DNA of 64,000 bases from Octopus sinensis (GCF_006345805.1 NC_043026.1:10168001-10232000), one strand, 5' to 3'. Positions 28,289-41,561 are shown, counted from the stretch's first letter. Made by a program: numbers and translations. Notes: a model not told the origin generated them from the letters alone.

Positions 28289-29278
28289 CAGTATAGTGAT
28301 GATTTATTTACATATCTTGAGCATGCACAGCAACACAAATTATGAGATTGGGAATAACTATTCACGAATCTCGTTTCGTGCATCAATAACTCTTCTGTTT
28401 TCTCATAAATGTTATTATTTTCATCTTACATAAAATACTTGTACAGTTTCCCTGTTATATTAAATATCTGTACATTTCTGTATTGGAAACATTTCTTATA
28501 TTACATTCATTGTTTGCATGGAATCCTGGGATGTCACTTGTTGTCACTCCAGGTTTCAATCACAGAACACTTTCATGTTTTTGGGGGCAATTTACTTTCA
28601 CTATTTTATAAGACTAAACTACATGTTAACCCAATTCTCTTTCCCCTTTTCACTTGAAAATGCAACATAACTTTCTTTTCAACCTGTTTCCATTTTTATC
28701 CAGAGACAAAAAAAACTAAACGAATCTTCAATCATTAGTAGAACTATGAAATTTACCCTGAAATTAAGATTACAGGGTGAACAGAAAATCATGGATATAA
28801 AATGATGTGATGTTAAATTTAATAAATCCAAATATTCTGTTGTTAAGGGAAATGTTTATTTCTACAGTTTATCTCAATAGAAATGAATCTGTATTTTTTG
28901 AGTAGCCTCTACATCTTACACTGTTGTTTCTATCTGATTTCAGGACATCAGATGACATTGACATAACGGAAGGAACATCCTCAATATCTACCATGTTTTA
29001 AGGAATAAAGGAAATTATTATACAAGACAGATGTATAGCATTGTTTCTAGAAATCTGTGGAAGAATTCCTGTGAAACATTTCTGAACATCACTGACTGAA
29101 GCATGAAGAAGAGTGGTTCCTGTTCTGATGAAACTTGGATAAATTTATGTAATTGCTGCTAGAGAAAGGTAACCCTGGACAGAAATACAGCTGTAGTAGG
29201 AGCATTAGTAAGGAATAAAGTGTAAGAAGAAAGCAGGAAAAATATTTAAACTGGGATTTGTGAGGAAAAAGAGTGGAA

Positions 29279-30517
29279 ATGAGTGAGAAAGGTATAGAAC
29301 TGATTTCCTCTGAACCCATGACGAAAGAGGGAAGGAAATTGTCATACGAGTGTGATGTCTGTAAAAAGGTCTTTTCCCTAAAATGTAAGCTAATTTCTCA
29401 CAAACGCATTCATACAAGAGAGAAACCGTTTCATTGTGAGGTCTGTGGTAAATCTTTCACTTACAGTAGTTACGTAATTAGACACAAACGTAGTCATACA
29501 GGTGAGAAACCATATCGCTGTGATGTCTGTGGTAAATCATTCTCTCGGAGTGGTCATTTAGCTACACATATACGTATTCATACAGGTGAGAAACCATATC
29601 ATTGTGATGTCTGTGGTAACTCATTCTCTGACAGTGGTCACTTAACTGATCACAAACGTATTCATACAGGAGAGAAACCGTATCATTGTGATATCTGTGG
29701 TAAATCATTCTCTCAGAGGAGTAACCTAACTTCACACAGACGTATTCATATGGGAGAAACACCATATCATTGTGATATTTGTGGTAAATCATTCTCTCAA
29801 AGTTATTCCTTAACATATCACAAACGTATTCATACAGGGGAGAAGCCATATCACTGTGACATCTGTGGTAAATCATTCTCTAAAAGTGAACCCTTAAGAA
29901 ATCACAAGCGTATTCATACAGGAGAGAAGCCATATCGCTGTGACATCTGTGGTAAATCATTCTCTAACAGTAGTCACTTAACTAGACATAAACGTATTCA
30001 TACAGGGGAGAAGCCATATCATTGTGATATGTGTGGTAAATCATTCTCTCAAAGTTTTCAATTTACTTTACATAAACGTGTTCATACAGGAGAGAACCCA
30101 TATCCTTGTGATATCTGTGGTAAATCATTCTCTGGTAATTCATCGTTAGTTACTCACAAACGTATTCATACAGGGGAGAAGCCATTTCAATGTGATATCT
30201 GTGGTAAATCATTCTCTCGGAGTACTCACTTAACTAGACATAAGTATACCCATACAGGCGAGAACGCATGGAAGTGTGATATCTGTGGTAAATCATTCTC
30301 TCAAAATAGTGACTTAAGGATACACATACGTACTCATACAGGAGAGAAACCGTATCATTGTGACATCTGTGGAAAGTCATTCTCTGACAATAGTGCCTTG
30401 ATTTCGCACAAGCGTGTTCATACGAAGGAGAAGCCATATTGCTGTGATGTCTGTGGTAAATCATTCTCTAGAAGTGATCATTTAACTAAACACCGTCGTA
30501 CCCATGGAAAAAAGTGA
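29279..30517 (+). CDS. C2H2 zinc-finger protein, 14 fingers (gene A, copy 5)
   Basis: Translation identical to copy 1. Confidence 0.93.
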   Translation: MSEKGIELISSEPMTKEGRKLSYECDVCKKVFSLKCKLISHKRIHTREKPFHCEVCGKSFTYSSYVIRHKRSHTGEKPYRCDVCGKSFSRSGHLATHIRIHTGEKPYHCDVCGNSFSDSGHLTDHKRIHTGEKPYHCDICGKSFSQRSNLTSHRRIHMGETPYHCDICGKSFSQSYSLTYHKRIHTGEKPYHCDICGKSFSKSEPLRNHKRIHTGEKPYRCDICGKSFSNSSHLTRHKRIHTGEKPYHCDMCGKSFSQSFQFTLHKRVHTGENPYPCDICGKSFSGNSSLVTHKRIHTGEKPFQCDICGKSFSRSTHLTRHKYTHTGENAWKCDICGKSFSQNSDLRIHIRTHTGEKPYHCDICGKSFSDNSALISHKRVHTKEKPYCCDVCGKSFSRSDHLTKHRRTHGKK

Positions 30518-31194
30518 CTGTATCATTGTGATATCTGGTAAATCATTCTCCAAGAGTGCTTCGTCAACTACACACATATGTATTCATACTGGAGAGACAC
30601 TATATCACTATGGTAAATAATTTATTTTCAGTGGGGCCATGATATTGCACAAACAGCACTAGCAACAGCCACGCCCAAATGTTGTTCTTTTTTACGTGCC
30701 ACCGGCGCAAGTGCCAGTAAGGCGACACTGGTAACGATCACGCTCAAATGGTGCTTTTTACAAGGCTTAAATTCCTCACGAGAAATAACTACAAGACCCA
30801 CACCAGGAATTCCATTCATCTCCCAGCTCAAAGAGGCAAGCCCCACCCTGTGCTTGACTCAAGGAGAAAAAGCAACCCCCAATATCAGCAGCGGGGCCTA
30901 ATAGCATTTGCTGGTTTATCCCCACCTTATCATGTGGGTTCCTTACCCTTTTTATTAACATCAATTCACTCATCCATCCACAAACACTCTCCAAGCTTTC
31001 CTATCATTTATAAACTCTCTTGACTCTCTCACACCATCACTGCTAACCAGCAAAGCTTTCCTCACTCCATCCATCCACCCAGACTAAGGTCTGCCTCTGG
31101 TTCTGTTGCCTACCACCTCTGTCTTCACCCCACCTTACCATATGCTCCTCATACATGTAGCCAAACCACCTCAAGATATATGCATATATATATA

Positions 31195-31268
<74 letters not shown>

Positions 31269-32031
31269 CACACAAACACACATGTATATATATATATATA
31301 ATATATAAGTAATTGAGTGATACTACACACTGACTGGTCAGAATACAGTTTGCAAAACCTAGTAATCTGGAGCCTACACAGCTGTATTTAAGGCACAGAT
31401 TTAATCATCTCGCTAAAGTCAAAAGTTGTGAAGCATGACTGTCACCACTACTACGTGAACCTGAAGATTGCAGAATTTAATGCATGAAAGTACTAATTCA
31501 ATCACAATGAACATCTAACATTCTATTATTTTATTTTATTTTTTTATATTATATTATCTTATATTATATCATTATAAGATTGTAAATAAAACATGAAAAC
31601 CAGACAAGGTTGGAATTCTTTTCATTAATATATATATATACACATACATATATATATATAAATATATATATTAACCCATGCTAGCATGGAAAACGGACGT
31701 TAAACGACGGTGATGAGGAGGAGGATTATATATATATATATATATACATACATACACAAACACATATTTCAAGTGCCCTATATATCTTATTTACTGATCT
31801 GACAACCCTAGTTTTGACCCATCTGCAACCAGAAAAAGGTTAAGAGGTCAATTCCTTCTCATTCACTGCCAGGTGCTGAGAGAAGAGAACAATATACCAT
31901 TAATTTGATTGAGAATTAATAAAAACGTGGATTCGGTTTCAAATACGCTATGCTATACTGTAGCTGTTCGCTACCCATTCATACAATCACGTAATCATAA
32001 GTATACGAACATGTGTAGTTTGTATAAAATA

Positions 32032-32537
32032 CTAGCAGTATCGCCCGGCGTTGCTCGGGTTTGTAAGGGAAATAACTGTATAAGCATTTTTAGAGAGTTA
32101 CTTCCCTTATAAATTCGGGCTTTCTTAGCCATTTTTGTTTTGGTGTCTTCAAGCCATGAAGTCGTTGTTCTAAAAGAACGCTGGTTTCCTTCACAACGCA
32201 TTACGACGTTGATTTCTTTACACTCCCTTCCCCCACAGCTTCACGAGGGAGGGAAGGGGGAGAAGCAAACAGGTGCAGCTGTGAGCGTGGACGCCAACTC
32301 CGCCGCCATCGACACACGATGCATTTTATGCATTAAAATGGAATAAAAAATGATGTTAAATTATTTTTAAAATCGTAGACTCATCGTTGACGCGCGCTAA
32401 TAGTCAGACGGGCTTGATATGAATCACGACTATAAGATACCCGAATTTGTTAAACTGCACCGCAAAATGTGGGAGGAGTTAGGAATCTAAATCGAAGGGG
32501 ACAGACACTCACACAACTAGAGTTTTATATATATAGA
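32032..32537 (-). mobile_element. Non-autonomous Helitron H1 (array copy)
   Basis: Copy of 6374-6880. Confidence 0.8.
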
Positions 32538-32807
32538 TGTATTTTATTCAAACATGAACAGGATATTTCTACAAAAACAGAAAGAGAGGGAAAAACATGT
32601 CTAGGTAATACCTTATTTTCATAGAATGATTTAAGGCAGATACCACGGATGAGTTAAAATATTTGGGCCAAGCTGGCAATGAATGGACCAATCAAGAGAG
32701 AAATAGAAAGGGCATTGTGAGTAGCGACGTATAACAACATCCGAGACGATGATCAATACAGCCAGGTATAAATACTCACACAAACACAGAAAGACCTCCT
32801 AACAGCA

Positions 32808-33198
32808 GGTGGCGAACTGGCAGAATCGTTAGCACGGCCGGCGAAATGCTTAGCGGTATTTCGTCTGTCGAGGTCGACTTTGCCTTTCATCCTTTCGGGG
32901 TCGATTAAATAAGTACCAGTGTACCACTGGGGTCGATATAATCGACTTAATCCGTTTGTCTGTCCTTGTTTGTCTTCTCTGTGTTTAGCTCCTTGTGGGT
33001 AGTAAAGAAATAGGTATTTCGTCTGTCGTTACGTTCTGAGTTCAAATTCCGCCGAGGTCGACTTTGCCTTTCATCCTTTCGGGGTCGATAAATTAAGTAC
33101 CAGTTACGCACTGAGGTCGAAGCAATCGACTTAATACCTATGTCTGTCTTTGTTTGTCCCCTCTGTGTTTAGCCCCTTGTGGATAATAAAGAAATAGG
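32808..33198 (+). mobile_element. SINE family A (array copy)
   Basis: Copy of 734-1124. Confidence 0.7.
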
Positions 33199-33963
33199 TA
33201 TACTGTTGATTAAAGGGAGGTAAAGCAGAGCAGGTGCCCTCAGTATTTTGGTGAAAGGGTTAGGCATGCGCATTGAGCGTACTTCTTACTTCATGTTCAT
33301 ATCTGGTTTGAATGTCCTGGGCTTTGATTTCTCTTAATCAACTGATTAATACGCTAATAATACTTATAATTCATTTTCCAACTACCAGATAGATATATAT
33401 ATAACAATTCTATCCTTTGTGAAACATTTCCGTAAGTATTAAACAAGGAAAATATTCGTTGTTTTTGATTCTGTAGACTTTCGGTTTTTCGCGCGTCGAT
33501 TCTTTGAGTCTGATTTGTGCGGGATTTGGCTGCTATTTCTAGCGGAGAAAGCTATCTCGTACAATCTCCTTCGTTGCCAGGTCAGTTTGTAGTGTTTTAG
33601 TTTGAGAAATAGTCTGGAATACACTCCAACCACTGAAATGGTCAGAAAGCGGCATAACTACAGATGTGTACCCCATTGACTTTGTTGGCGGATAACTTTG
33701 AGAAAAAGGGATACTTTTAAACGAAATTTTCAAAATATATCGCTTAAATGCTGTATATTCAGAATATGTAGGGATTTATGGGAACGAATTTTCCCCCCTA
33801 ATAACTTTCAGAAAAACGGGAATCTTTTAATGAAAGTTTATACCTTCGGAACGGCATGGATTACGATTATATGAAGAACTTTCTGGGGAAATTGTTTTCC
33901 AAGCGATGGGGACAAGAGTATCTGATCAAGAAAAACACATGTTGGGATTTCCTAGATCATATG

Positions 33964-34699
33964 AGCTTCATTTATTTCAAGCTAATGCATGTCCTTGGCA
34001 GTCACCGCCCATGTTTCTCTGCCATGTAGCATAGCTGTTCGCACACACGTGTCATACACTCTACCTTTCACTCTGAGTGAGAGGCCCTTTGTTACCGGCA
34101 GAGACAGGAGCTCTCTGAACTTTGCCGAGGCTATTCTTATTCTAGCAGCTACGCTCTCAGAGCACCCACCCTAACTGCTAAATTTGTCACCAAGGTAATG
34201 GAAGCTATTAGCTACTTCTAGTTTTTCCTCCTGGCTTGTGATGGAGGCTGTTCTCTGCTCATTTTCAGTGTTTATTGCCCCTGTGCATCTGCCACACACA
34301 ATAACTATCTTCCCAGTTAACCTTCTTTTGATATTACTGCACCACTTATGTATCGAAAGCTTACACTGGGTACATCTTATGGAGTTTCTGCCTGCACCTT
34401 TCCTACACATCGAGCAGGGCCATCTACCTGAAGGGATTTGTGATTTGTCTGCCTTCCTACTTACTAAGACTTTGGCTTTTGCTAGGTTGACTCTAAGGCC
34501 CTTCGATTCTAGATCTTGCTTTCACACCTGAAACTTCTACAGTGGTACTTCTGGGAGTGACTCAGCTATTGGAGCAAGGTCATCAGCACAAAGGATCTCT
34601 CAGGGGCAGCCTGTCTTGAATTCCTATGTTATTTCCTGGAAGACTATGATAAATAAGAGGTGGCTGAGGACTGATCCTTGGTGGACCCCTACTCCTACC
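33964..34699 (-). mobile_element. RTE RT fragment (array copy)
   Basis: Copy of 1890-2625. Confidence 0.8.
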
Positions 34700-35682
34700 C
34701 AGTATAGTGATGATTTATTTACATATCTTGAGCATGCACAGCAACACAAATTATGAGATTGGGAATAACTATTCACGAATCTCGTTTCGTGCATCAATAA
34801 CTCTTCTGTTTTCTCATAAATGTTATTATTTTCATCTTACATAAAATACTTGTACAGTTTCCCTGTTATATTAAATATCTGTACATTTCTGTATTGGAAA
34901 CATTTCTTATATTACATTCATTGTTTGCATGGAATCCTGGGATGTCACTTGTTGTCACTCCAGGTTTCAATCACAGAACACTTTCATGTTTTTGGGGGCA
35001 ATTTACTTTCACTATTTTATAAGACTAAACTACATGTTAACCCAATTCTCTTTCCCCTTTTCACTTGAAAATGCAACATAACTTTCTTTTCAACCTGTTT
35101 CCATTTTTATCCAGAGACAAAAAAAACTAAACGAATCTTCAATCATTAGTAGAACTATGAAATTTACCCTGAAATTAAGATTACAGGGTGAACAGAAAAT
35201 CATGGTATAAAATGATGTGATGTTAAATTTAATAAATCCAAATATTCTGTTGTTAAGGGAAATGTTTATTTCTACAGTTTATCGCAATAGAAATGAATCT
35301 GTATTTTTTGAGTAGCCTCTACATCTTACACTGTTGTTTCTATCTGATTTCAGGACATCAGATGACATTGACATAACAGAAACAACATCCTCAATATCTG
35401 CCATGTTTTAAGGAATAAAGGAAATTATTATACAAGACAGATGTATAGCATTGTTTCTAGAAATCTGTGGAAGAATTCCTGTGAAACATTTCTGAACATC
35501 ACTGACTGAAGCATGAAGAAGAGTGGTTCCTGTTCTGATGAAACTTGGATAAATTTATGTAATTGCTGCTAGAGAAAGGTAACCCTGGACAGAAATACAG
35601 CTGTAGTAGGAGCATTAGTAAGGAATAAAGTGTAAGAAGAAAGCAGGAAAAATATTTAAACTGGGGTTTGTGAGGAAAAAGA

Positions 35683-36588
35683 ATGGAAAAGAGTGAGAAA
35701 AGTATAGAACTGATTTCCTCTGAACCCATGACGAAAGAGAAAAGGAAATTGTCATATGAGTGTGATGTCTGTAAAAAGGTCTTCTCCCTAAAATGTAAGC
35801 TAATTTCTCACAAACGCATTCATACAGGAGAGAAACCGTTTCATTGTGAGGTCTGTGGTAAATCTTTCACTTACAGTAGTTGCATAATTAGACACAAACG
35901 TATTCATACAGGTGAGAAACCATATCGCTGTGATGTCTGTGGTAACTCATTCTCTACCAATGGTCACTTAACTGATCACAAACGTATTCATACAGGAGAG
36001 AAACCGTATCATTGTGATATCTGTGGTAATTCGTTCCCTCAGAGGAGTAACCTAACTTCACACAGACGTATTCATACGGGAGAAACACCATATCATTGTG
36101 ATATTTGTGGTAAATCATTCTCTCATAGTTATTCCTTAACATATCACAAACGTATTCATACAGGGGAGAAGCCATATCATTGTGATGTCTGTGGTAAATC
36201 ATTCTCTCATAGTTTTCAATATACTGTACATAAACGTGTTCATACAGGAGAGAACCCACATCCTTGTGATATCTGTGGTAAATCATTCTCTGGTAATTCA
36301 TCGTTAGTTACTCACAAACGTACCCATACAGGCGAGAAGCCATATCACTGTGACATCTGTGGTAAATCATTCTCTGAAAATAGTACCTTAAGGATACACA
36401 TACGTACTCATACAGGAGAGAAACCCTATCATTGTGACATCTGTGGAAAGTCATTCTCTGACAATAGTGCCTTGATTTCGCACAAGCGTGTTCATACGAT
36501 GGAGAAGCCATATTGCTGTGATGTCTGTGGTAAATCATTCTCTAGAAGTGATTATTTAACTAAACACCGTCGTACCCATGGAAAATAG
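35683..36588 (+). CDS. C2H2 zinc-finger protein, 10 fingers (gene B, close paralogue of A)
   Basis: 301-aa ORF with ATG start and 10 fingers collinear with A, lacking four 28-aa units. Confidence 0.92.
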   Translation: MEKSEKSIELISSEPMTKEKRKLSYECDVCKKVFSLKCKLISHKRIHTGEKPFHCEVCGKSFTYSSCIIRHKRIHTGEKPYRCDVCGNSFSTNGHLTDHKRIHTGEKPYHCDICGNSFPQRSNLTSHRRIHTGETPYHCDICGKSFSHSYSLTYHKRIHTGEKPYHCDVCGKSFSHSFQYTVHKRVHTGENPHPCDICGKSFSGNSSLVTHKRTHTGEKPYHCDICGKSFSENSTLRIHIRTHTGEKPYHCDICGKSFSDNSALISHKRVHTMEKPYCCDVCGKSFSRSDYLTKHRRTHGK

Positions 36589-36749
36589 TGACTGTATCAT
36601 TGTGATATCTGGTAAATCATTCTCCAAGAGTGCTTCGTCAACTACACACATATGTATTCATACTGGAGAGACACCATATCACTGTGGTAAATAATTTTTT
36701 TTCAGTAGTGCCATGATATTGCACAAACAAATCGAAATCAAATTCGATG

Positions 36750-37154
36750 ACTGACATCCGTGCTAGTGGAGCACTAAGAGCATGATCGGTGCCAGTGGCA
36801 CGTAAAAAGCACAATCTGAGTGTGATTATTACCAGCAGCACCTTACTGGCACTTGTACCTGTGGTACGTGAAAAAAAACATTTGAGCGAGGTTATTGCCA
36901 GTGCCACTAGATTGGCTCCTATGCAGATGGCACGTAAAAGACAACATTTGAGTGTGGCCGTTGCCAGTACTGCCTGACTGGCACATAAAAGCACCCACTA
37001 CACTCTCGGAGTGTTTGGCATGAGGAAGGGCGTCTAGCTGTAGAAACTCTCCCAGATCAGATTGGACCCTGGTGCAGCCATCTGGTTCACCAGCTCAGTC
37101 AAATCGTCCAACCCATGCCAGCATGGAAAGTGGACATTAAACGATGATGATGAT
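36750..37154 (+). mobile_element. RTE LINE 3'-UTR/tail fragment
   Basis: GGCACGTAAAAAGCAC subrepeats ending CCAACCCATGCCAGCATGG...AAACGATGATGATGAT. Confidence 0.7.
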
Positions 37155-37160
37155 ATCTAC

Positions 37161-37195
<35 letters not shown>

Positions 37196-37240
37196 CATAT
37201 ACACACACACGCATATATTATATATATATACATACATACA

Positions 37241-37289
<49 letters not shown>

Positions 37290-37312
37290 GTATATATATA
37301 CACATATGTATG
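37155..37312. repeat. Compound (AT)n/(AC)n microsatellite
   Basis: Read directly from the sequence. Confidence 0.9.
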
Positions 37313-38183
37313 TTTCATCATCTTTTAACGTCCGTTTTCTATGCTAGCATGGGTTGGACGGTTTTGACTGAGGGCTGGCAACCAGATGGCTGCACCAGGC
37401 TCCAGTCTTGATCTGGCAGAGTTTCTACAGCTGGATGCCCTTCCTAACGCCAACCACTCAGTGAGTGTAGTGGGTGCTTTTTACGTGCCACCCGCACAGG
37501 TGCCAGACAGGGCTGGCAAACGGCCACGGACAGACGGTGCTTTTTACGTGCCTCCGGCACGGGGGCCAGGCTTGGCTGGCAAACGTCCACGATCGGATGG
37601 TGCTTTTTACGTGCCACCGTCATGGAGGCCAGTCGGGGCGGCGCTTGCAACGGCCACGATCGGATGGTTCGCTTACTTGTCACCGGCACTGGTATCACAG
37701 CTGCAATTTCCATTGATGTTGATCGACTTCGATTTTGGTTCTGCTTTCTGATATCTGATTTCATTTTGATTTTCACTTGCCTCAACGGGTCTTCACAAGT
37801 GGAGTTTTGTGTCCCAAGAAGGAAAGGTATGTATAAGTCGACTGGCTACATACCAGGTAGAGGCCATGGGTTATGGTCTCACTAGTCTTGCCGGGTCTTC
37901 TCACGCTCAGCATATTTCCATAGGTCTCGGTCTCTAGTCATTTCCTCAGTGAGACATAAAGTTCGAAGATCGTGCTTCACCACCTCGTCCCAGGTTTTCC
38001 TGGGTCTTCCTCTTCCACAAGTTCCCTCAACAGCTAGGGTGTGGCACTTTTGCACACAACTATCTTCATCCATTCTCGTCACATGACCATACCAGCGCAA
38101 ACATCTCTCTTGCACACCATAACTGATGCTTCTTAGGTCCAGCTTTTCTCTCAAGGCACTTAAACTCTGTCGAGTAGACACAA
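37313..38183 (-). mobile_element. 5'-truncated RTE LINE (end of ORF + 3' UTR + (GAT)n tail)
   Basis: ORF 37882-38274 ends LRWYGHV.RMDEDS...GRGRPRKTW...; 3' UTR subrepeats; same family as 41562-42940. Confidence 0.85.
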
Positions 38184-38514
38184 CTAGACTCAACACTACC
38201 TGAGCATGTTCTTTTTCATCTTTCATAATCATATTCTGAATATCCGAATGAGTTGTGTGACGCAGACTCCACATAGTTCTGTAACAACAATATTCTTCTG
38301 ATGTATTCTTCCATTTTGCACCGATGAGAGTAGTAATATGTAATTAAATTAATTCAATTTTTTTCCATGTTTTCTTACATGTTAATGTTACCATTGAAAA
38401 CGATCGTATGAATGGATTAAAATTTAATAAAACTTTTAACATTTCTTCTCTGTCTTTGTTGATTTTTATATAGGATACGTGTTCTATAAATACTCATAAC
38501 ACACCTTATATGTA

Positions 38515-38760
38515 TATATATGAATAGGGCATATAATGCCTTCCTTTAGTTTTTTGGGATGCTGCCCTGTTGTGAGGAAGCTCTGAAAGAGAATCTGAAA
38601 TGGTCTAGCTAGAGCCTCCTTGCATTTCTTTAGGATTGCTGGGAATCCGTCGGGGCCTGTTGTCGTGTTTGAACTCATCTAATCAATGGCTGATGTTGCC
38701 TTAGTTTCCTCTATGTTGATGCTGTCAATAATTGCCATTTTGTTGTGTAGGTCTGTGGAG
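38515..38760 (-). mobile_element. CR1/L2-like LINE RT N-terminal fragment
   Basis: TGPDGFPAIL..CKEALARPFQILFQSFL.TG..P..LKEGIICPIH. Confidence 0.65.
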
Positions 38761-38764
38761 CCAA

Positions 38765-38960
38765 AGACTGGCTGAAGCTCCTCTCCTTCTTACCTCTTGT
38801 ATGCAACATACATCTACATGTCTCCGTTCGAGCTTCTCTACAATCTCGCTAGACCTACATTTAGAGTGTCAACTCTGAAAACTGGGAAAGAGATGTGGGA
38901 GTGAACACAGGAAAGAGGGATGTTATTCAGCACCTGAAAAGGATCCCATGAATGTTTTGT
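38765..38960 (-). mobile_element. RTE LINE APE-endonuclease N-terminal fragment
   Basis: Minus strand reads TLNVG...EIVEKLERRHVDVCCIQEVR. Confidence 0.6.
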
Positions 38961-39836
38961 AACAGATGTCATAATAGTTGTTCTTGCTTTTAACCTACTG
39001 TCATTCAGACATGTTAGAGTTTTCTGTATTTATACATATCTATATATGTGTATATGTATACATATATATATATATATATGTTCACACACACATCATTATT
39101 TGGCATGGGTTGGACGGTTTGTCCAGGGCTGGCAAGCTGCATCCATCTGATTATATACAGGAGGAGGTGAATAAATTGTCTCAGAACAAGCCAATGGTTG
39201 TTGTGTGTTCATGATGTTTGTATCAGAGCAACCTGTATATATATATATATCTTTTATATTAAAAGGCAACTTGTCTTTCTGTGTGTTGTGTGAACCACTT
39301 CTACTTCTACAATTTTCAACCGAATTTCACCAAATTTGACATGTGTGCTCTCTTTGACTTGGGATGTTATTTCTTATAAAATTTTTCCTCGAAATTCTGC
39401 GTCCCCAACATAAATAGACTACTCTCAATGCACCTAGGATTTGGCTGAGCCAGCGAAAAAACGTGACACACACCCAGCTGGAAAAAATCGATACTTTACT
39501 TTGTCATCTGTGGGAAGCTCTTATTGACTGCTTGCACAGTACTGCCAGCAAGTTATGATCTGCCTTGTTTTCATGTGAGTGCTCTTTTTCATATAATTAT
39601 TCCAACTTAAATTAGCCACTTCAAAACTCTTACCCAAAATTTAAAATCCTTAGTTTAGTCTGTTTGATTAACATTTTTGCCAACTACATTTTACTATTTT
39701 TTTCGGAGCTACACGTTCACCGCTTTTTCCTTGGGACTTTTTCTATTGAGTAAACTGATAATTTTCCACCATGCCCCAATGCAAAAGATCCAAAATAGGT
39801 CGGCAAACAAATGCTACAAGAAAATTAAATGTATGT

Positions 39837-40240
39837 GTGCAGGAGTGGCTGTGTGGTAAGTAGCTTGCTAACCAACCACATGGTTCCGGGTTCAATCCCA
39901 CTTCGTGGCATCTTGGGCAAGTGTCTTCTGCTATAGCCTCGGGCCGACCAATGCCTTGTGAGTGGATTTGGTAGACGGAAACTGAAAGAAACCTGTCGTA
40001 TATATATATTTATATATGTGTTTGTGTGTGTGTTTGTCTCCCTAGCATTGCTTGACAACCGATGCTGGTGTGTTTACGTCCCCGTCACTTAGCGGTTCGG
40101 CAAAAAGAGACCGACAGAATAAGTACTGGGCTTACAAAGAATAAGTCCCGGGGTCGAGTTGCTCGACTAAAGGCGGTGCTCCAGCATGGCCACAGTCAAA
40201 TGACTGAAACAAGTAAAAGAGGAAAAGAGAGTAAAAGAGT
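39837..40240 (+). mobile_element. tRNA-derived SINE (family B)
   Basis: AGGAGTGGCTGTGTGGTAAG...GGTTCAATCCC head (A/B-box-like), internal (AT/GT)n tract, AGTAAAAGAG tail. Confidence 0.8.
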
Positions 40241-40496
40241 AAATGAATCTAGTGCGGTCGCCGCCAGGAGGAACGCTCTCAGTGCACTTGGAATGGCTTC
40301 AGCACGAAGAAGGGAAAGTGAAGAGCAGTGTTGTCATCGGTTTGCATGGATTACTGCGCAACGAGTCACCCATAGCAACAAGCATCATTCAGCATGCTGA
40401 ACAAGAAATGCTTCCTCTACAGCTGTTGCACAATCTGCAGGGATTGCAGCACAACACGCAGATTGACTTACAATCTAGCGACCGCGCTAGATTCAT

Positions 40497-40884
40497 TTAC
40501 TCTTTTACTTGTTTCAGTCATTTGACTGCGGCCATGCTGGAGCACCGCCTTTAGTCGAGCAACTCGACCCCGGGACTTATTCTTTTTGTAAGCCCAGTAC
40601 TTATTCTATTGGTCTCTTTTTGCCGAACCGCTATGTGACGGGGACGTAAACACACCAGCATCGGTTGTCAAGCAATGCTAGGGGAACAAACACAGACACA
40701 CACACACATACGTACATATATACGACAGGCTTCTTTCAGTTTCCGTCTACCAAATCCACTCACAAGGCATTGGTCGGCCCGGGGCTATAGCAGAAGACAC
40801 TTGCCCAAGATGCCACGCAGTGGGATTGAACCCGGAACCATGTGGTTGGTTAGCAAGCTACTTACCACACAGCCACTCCTGCAC
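40497..40884 (-). mobile_element. SINE family B (part of inverted duplication)
   Basis: Reverse complement of 39837-40240, with the same flanking junction. Confidence 0.8.
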
Positions 40885-41561
40885 ACATACATTTAATTTT
40901 CTTGTAGCAATTGTTTGCCGACCTATTTTGGATCTTTTGCATTGAGGCATGGTGGAAAATTATCAGTTTACTCAATAGAAAACGTCCCAAGGAAAAATCG
41001 GTGAATGTGTAGTTCCCAAAAAATAGTAAAATGTAGTTGGCAAAAATGTTAATCAAACAGACTAAACTAAGGATTTTAAATTTTGGGTAAGAGTTTTGAA
41101 GTGGCTAATTTAAGTTGGAATAATTATATGAAAAAGGGGGCTCACGTGAAAACAGAGGTAAATTGTAACTTGCAAATAAATACTACAGGGGAAAGACAAC
41201 GACTGGAGGCTACAACGCAGCGAAAGGCTTCACGACATTTCTACTCAAGGCCATGGTCCTCGCGTTGGTCAACGACAGCATTCAGCTGCAATCCTACAAT
41301 TGACTGCAGTAATCACCCTGACGTTCAAATACGCTGCATGTCCACACTCTGCCAATTTTGCGGAACTAAAAAGTGGCCTGGAGAAACTCCCGGCATGGGC
41401 TGCTTCAACGGTAAGATTACTGTACCCCTTCTACAAAATCCTGAAACCCTTTTGACAGAGGCGTCTCCTTATTCTCATGACTTTCTCAAGCAGATTCCTG
41501 CCTACAACTGCGCATTGCAAATTACTTCTTTCGGCGGCAACATTATCCAAGAAGGGCATTT

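Larger units (their letters stand above)
39563..41158. repeat. Large inverted duplication (arms ~39563-40262 and ~40478-41158, spacer ~215 bp)
   Basis: Arms are reverse complements over unique sequence plus SINE, with scattered mismatches. Confidence 0.9.
39250..41561 (+). mobile_element. Relic of an autonomous Helitron: 5' end plus N-terminal RepHel fragment, disrupted by SINE, inverted duplication and RTE insertion
   Basis: A|TCTTTTATATTAAAA 5' end at 39250. The ORF at 41083-41583 contains AFSCNPTIDCSNHPDV...CQFCGTKKWPGETPGMGCFNGK...YNCALQITSFG, which resembles the Cys-rich region upstream of the Helitron Rep domain. Confidence 0.65.
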
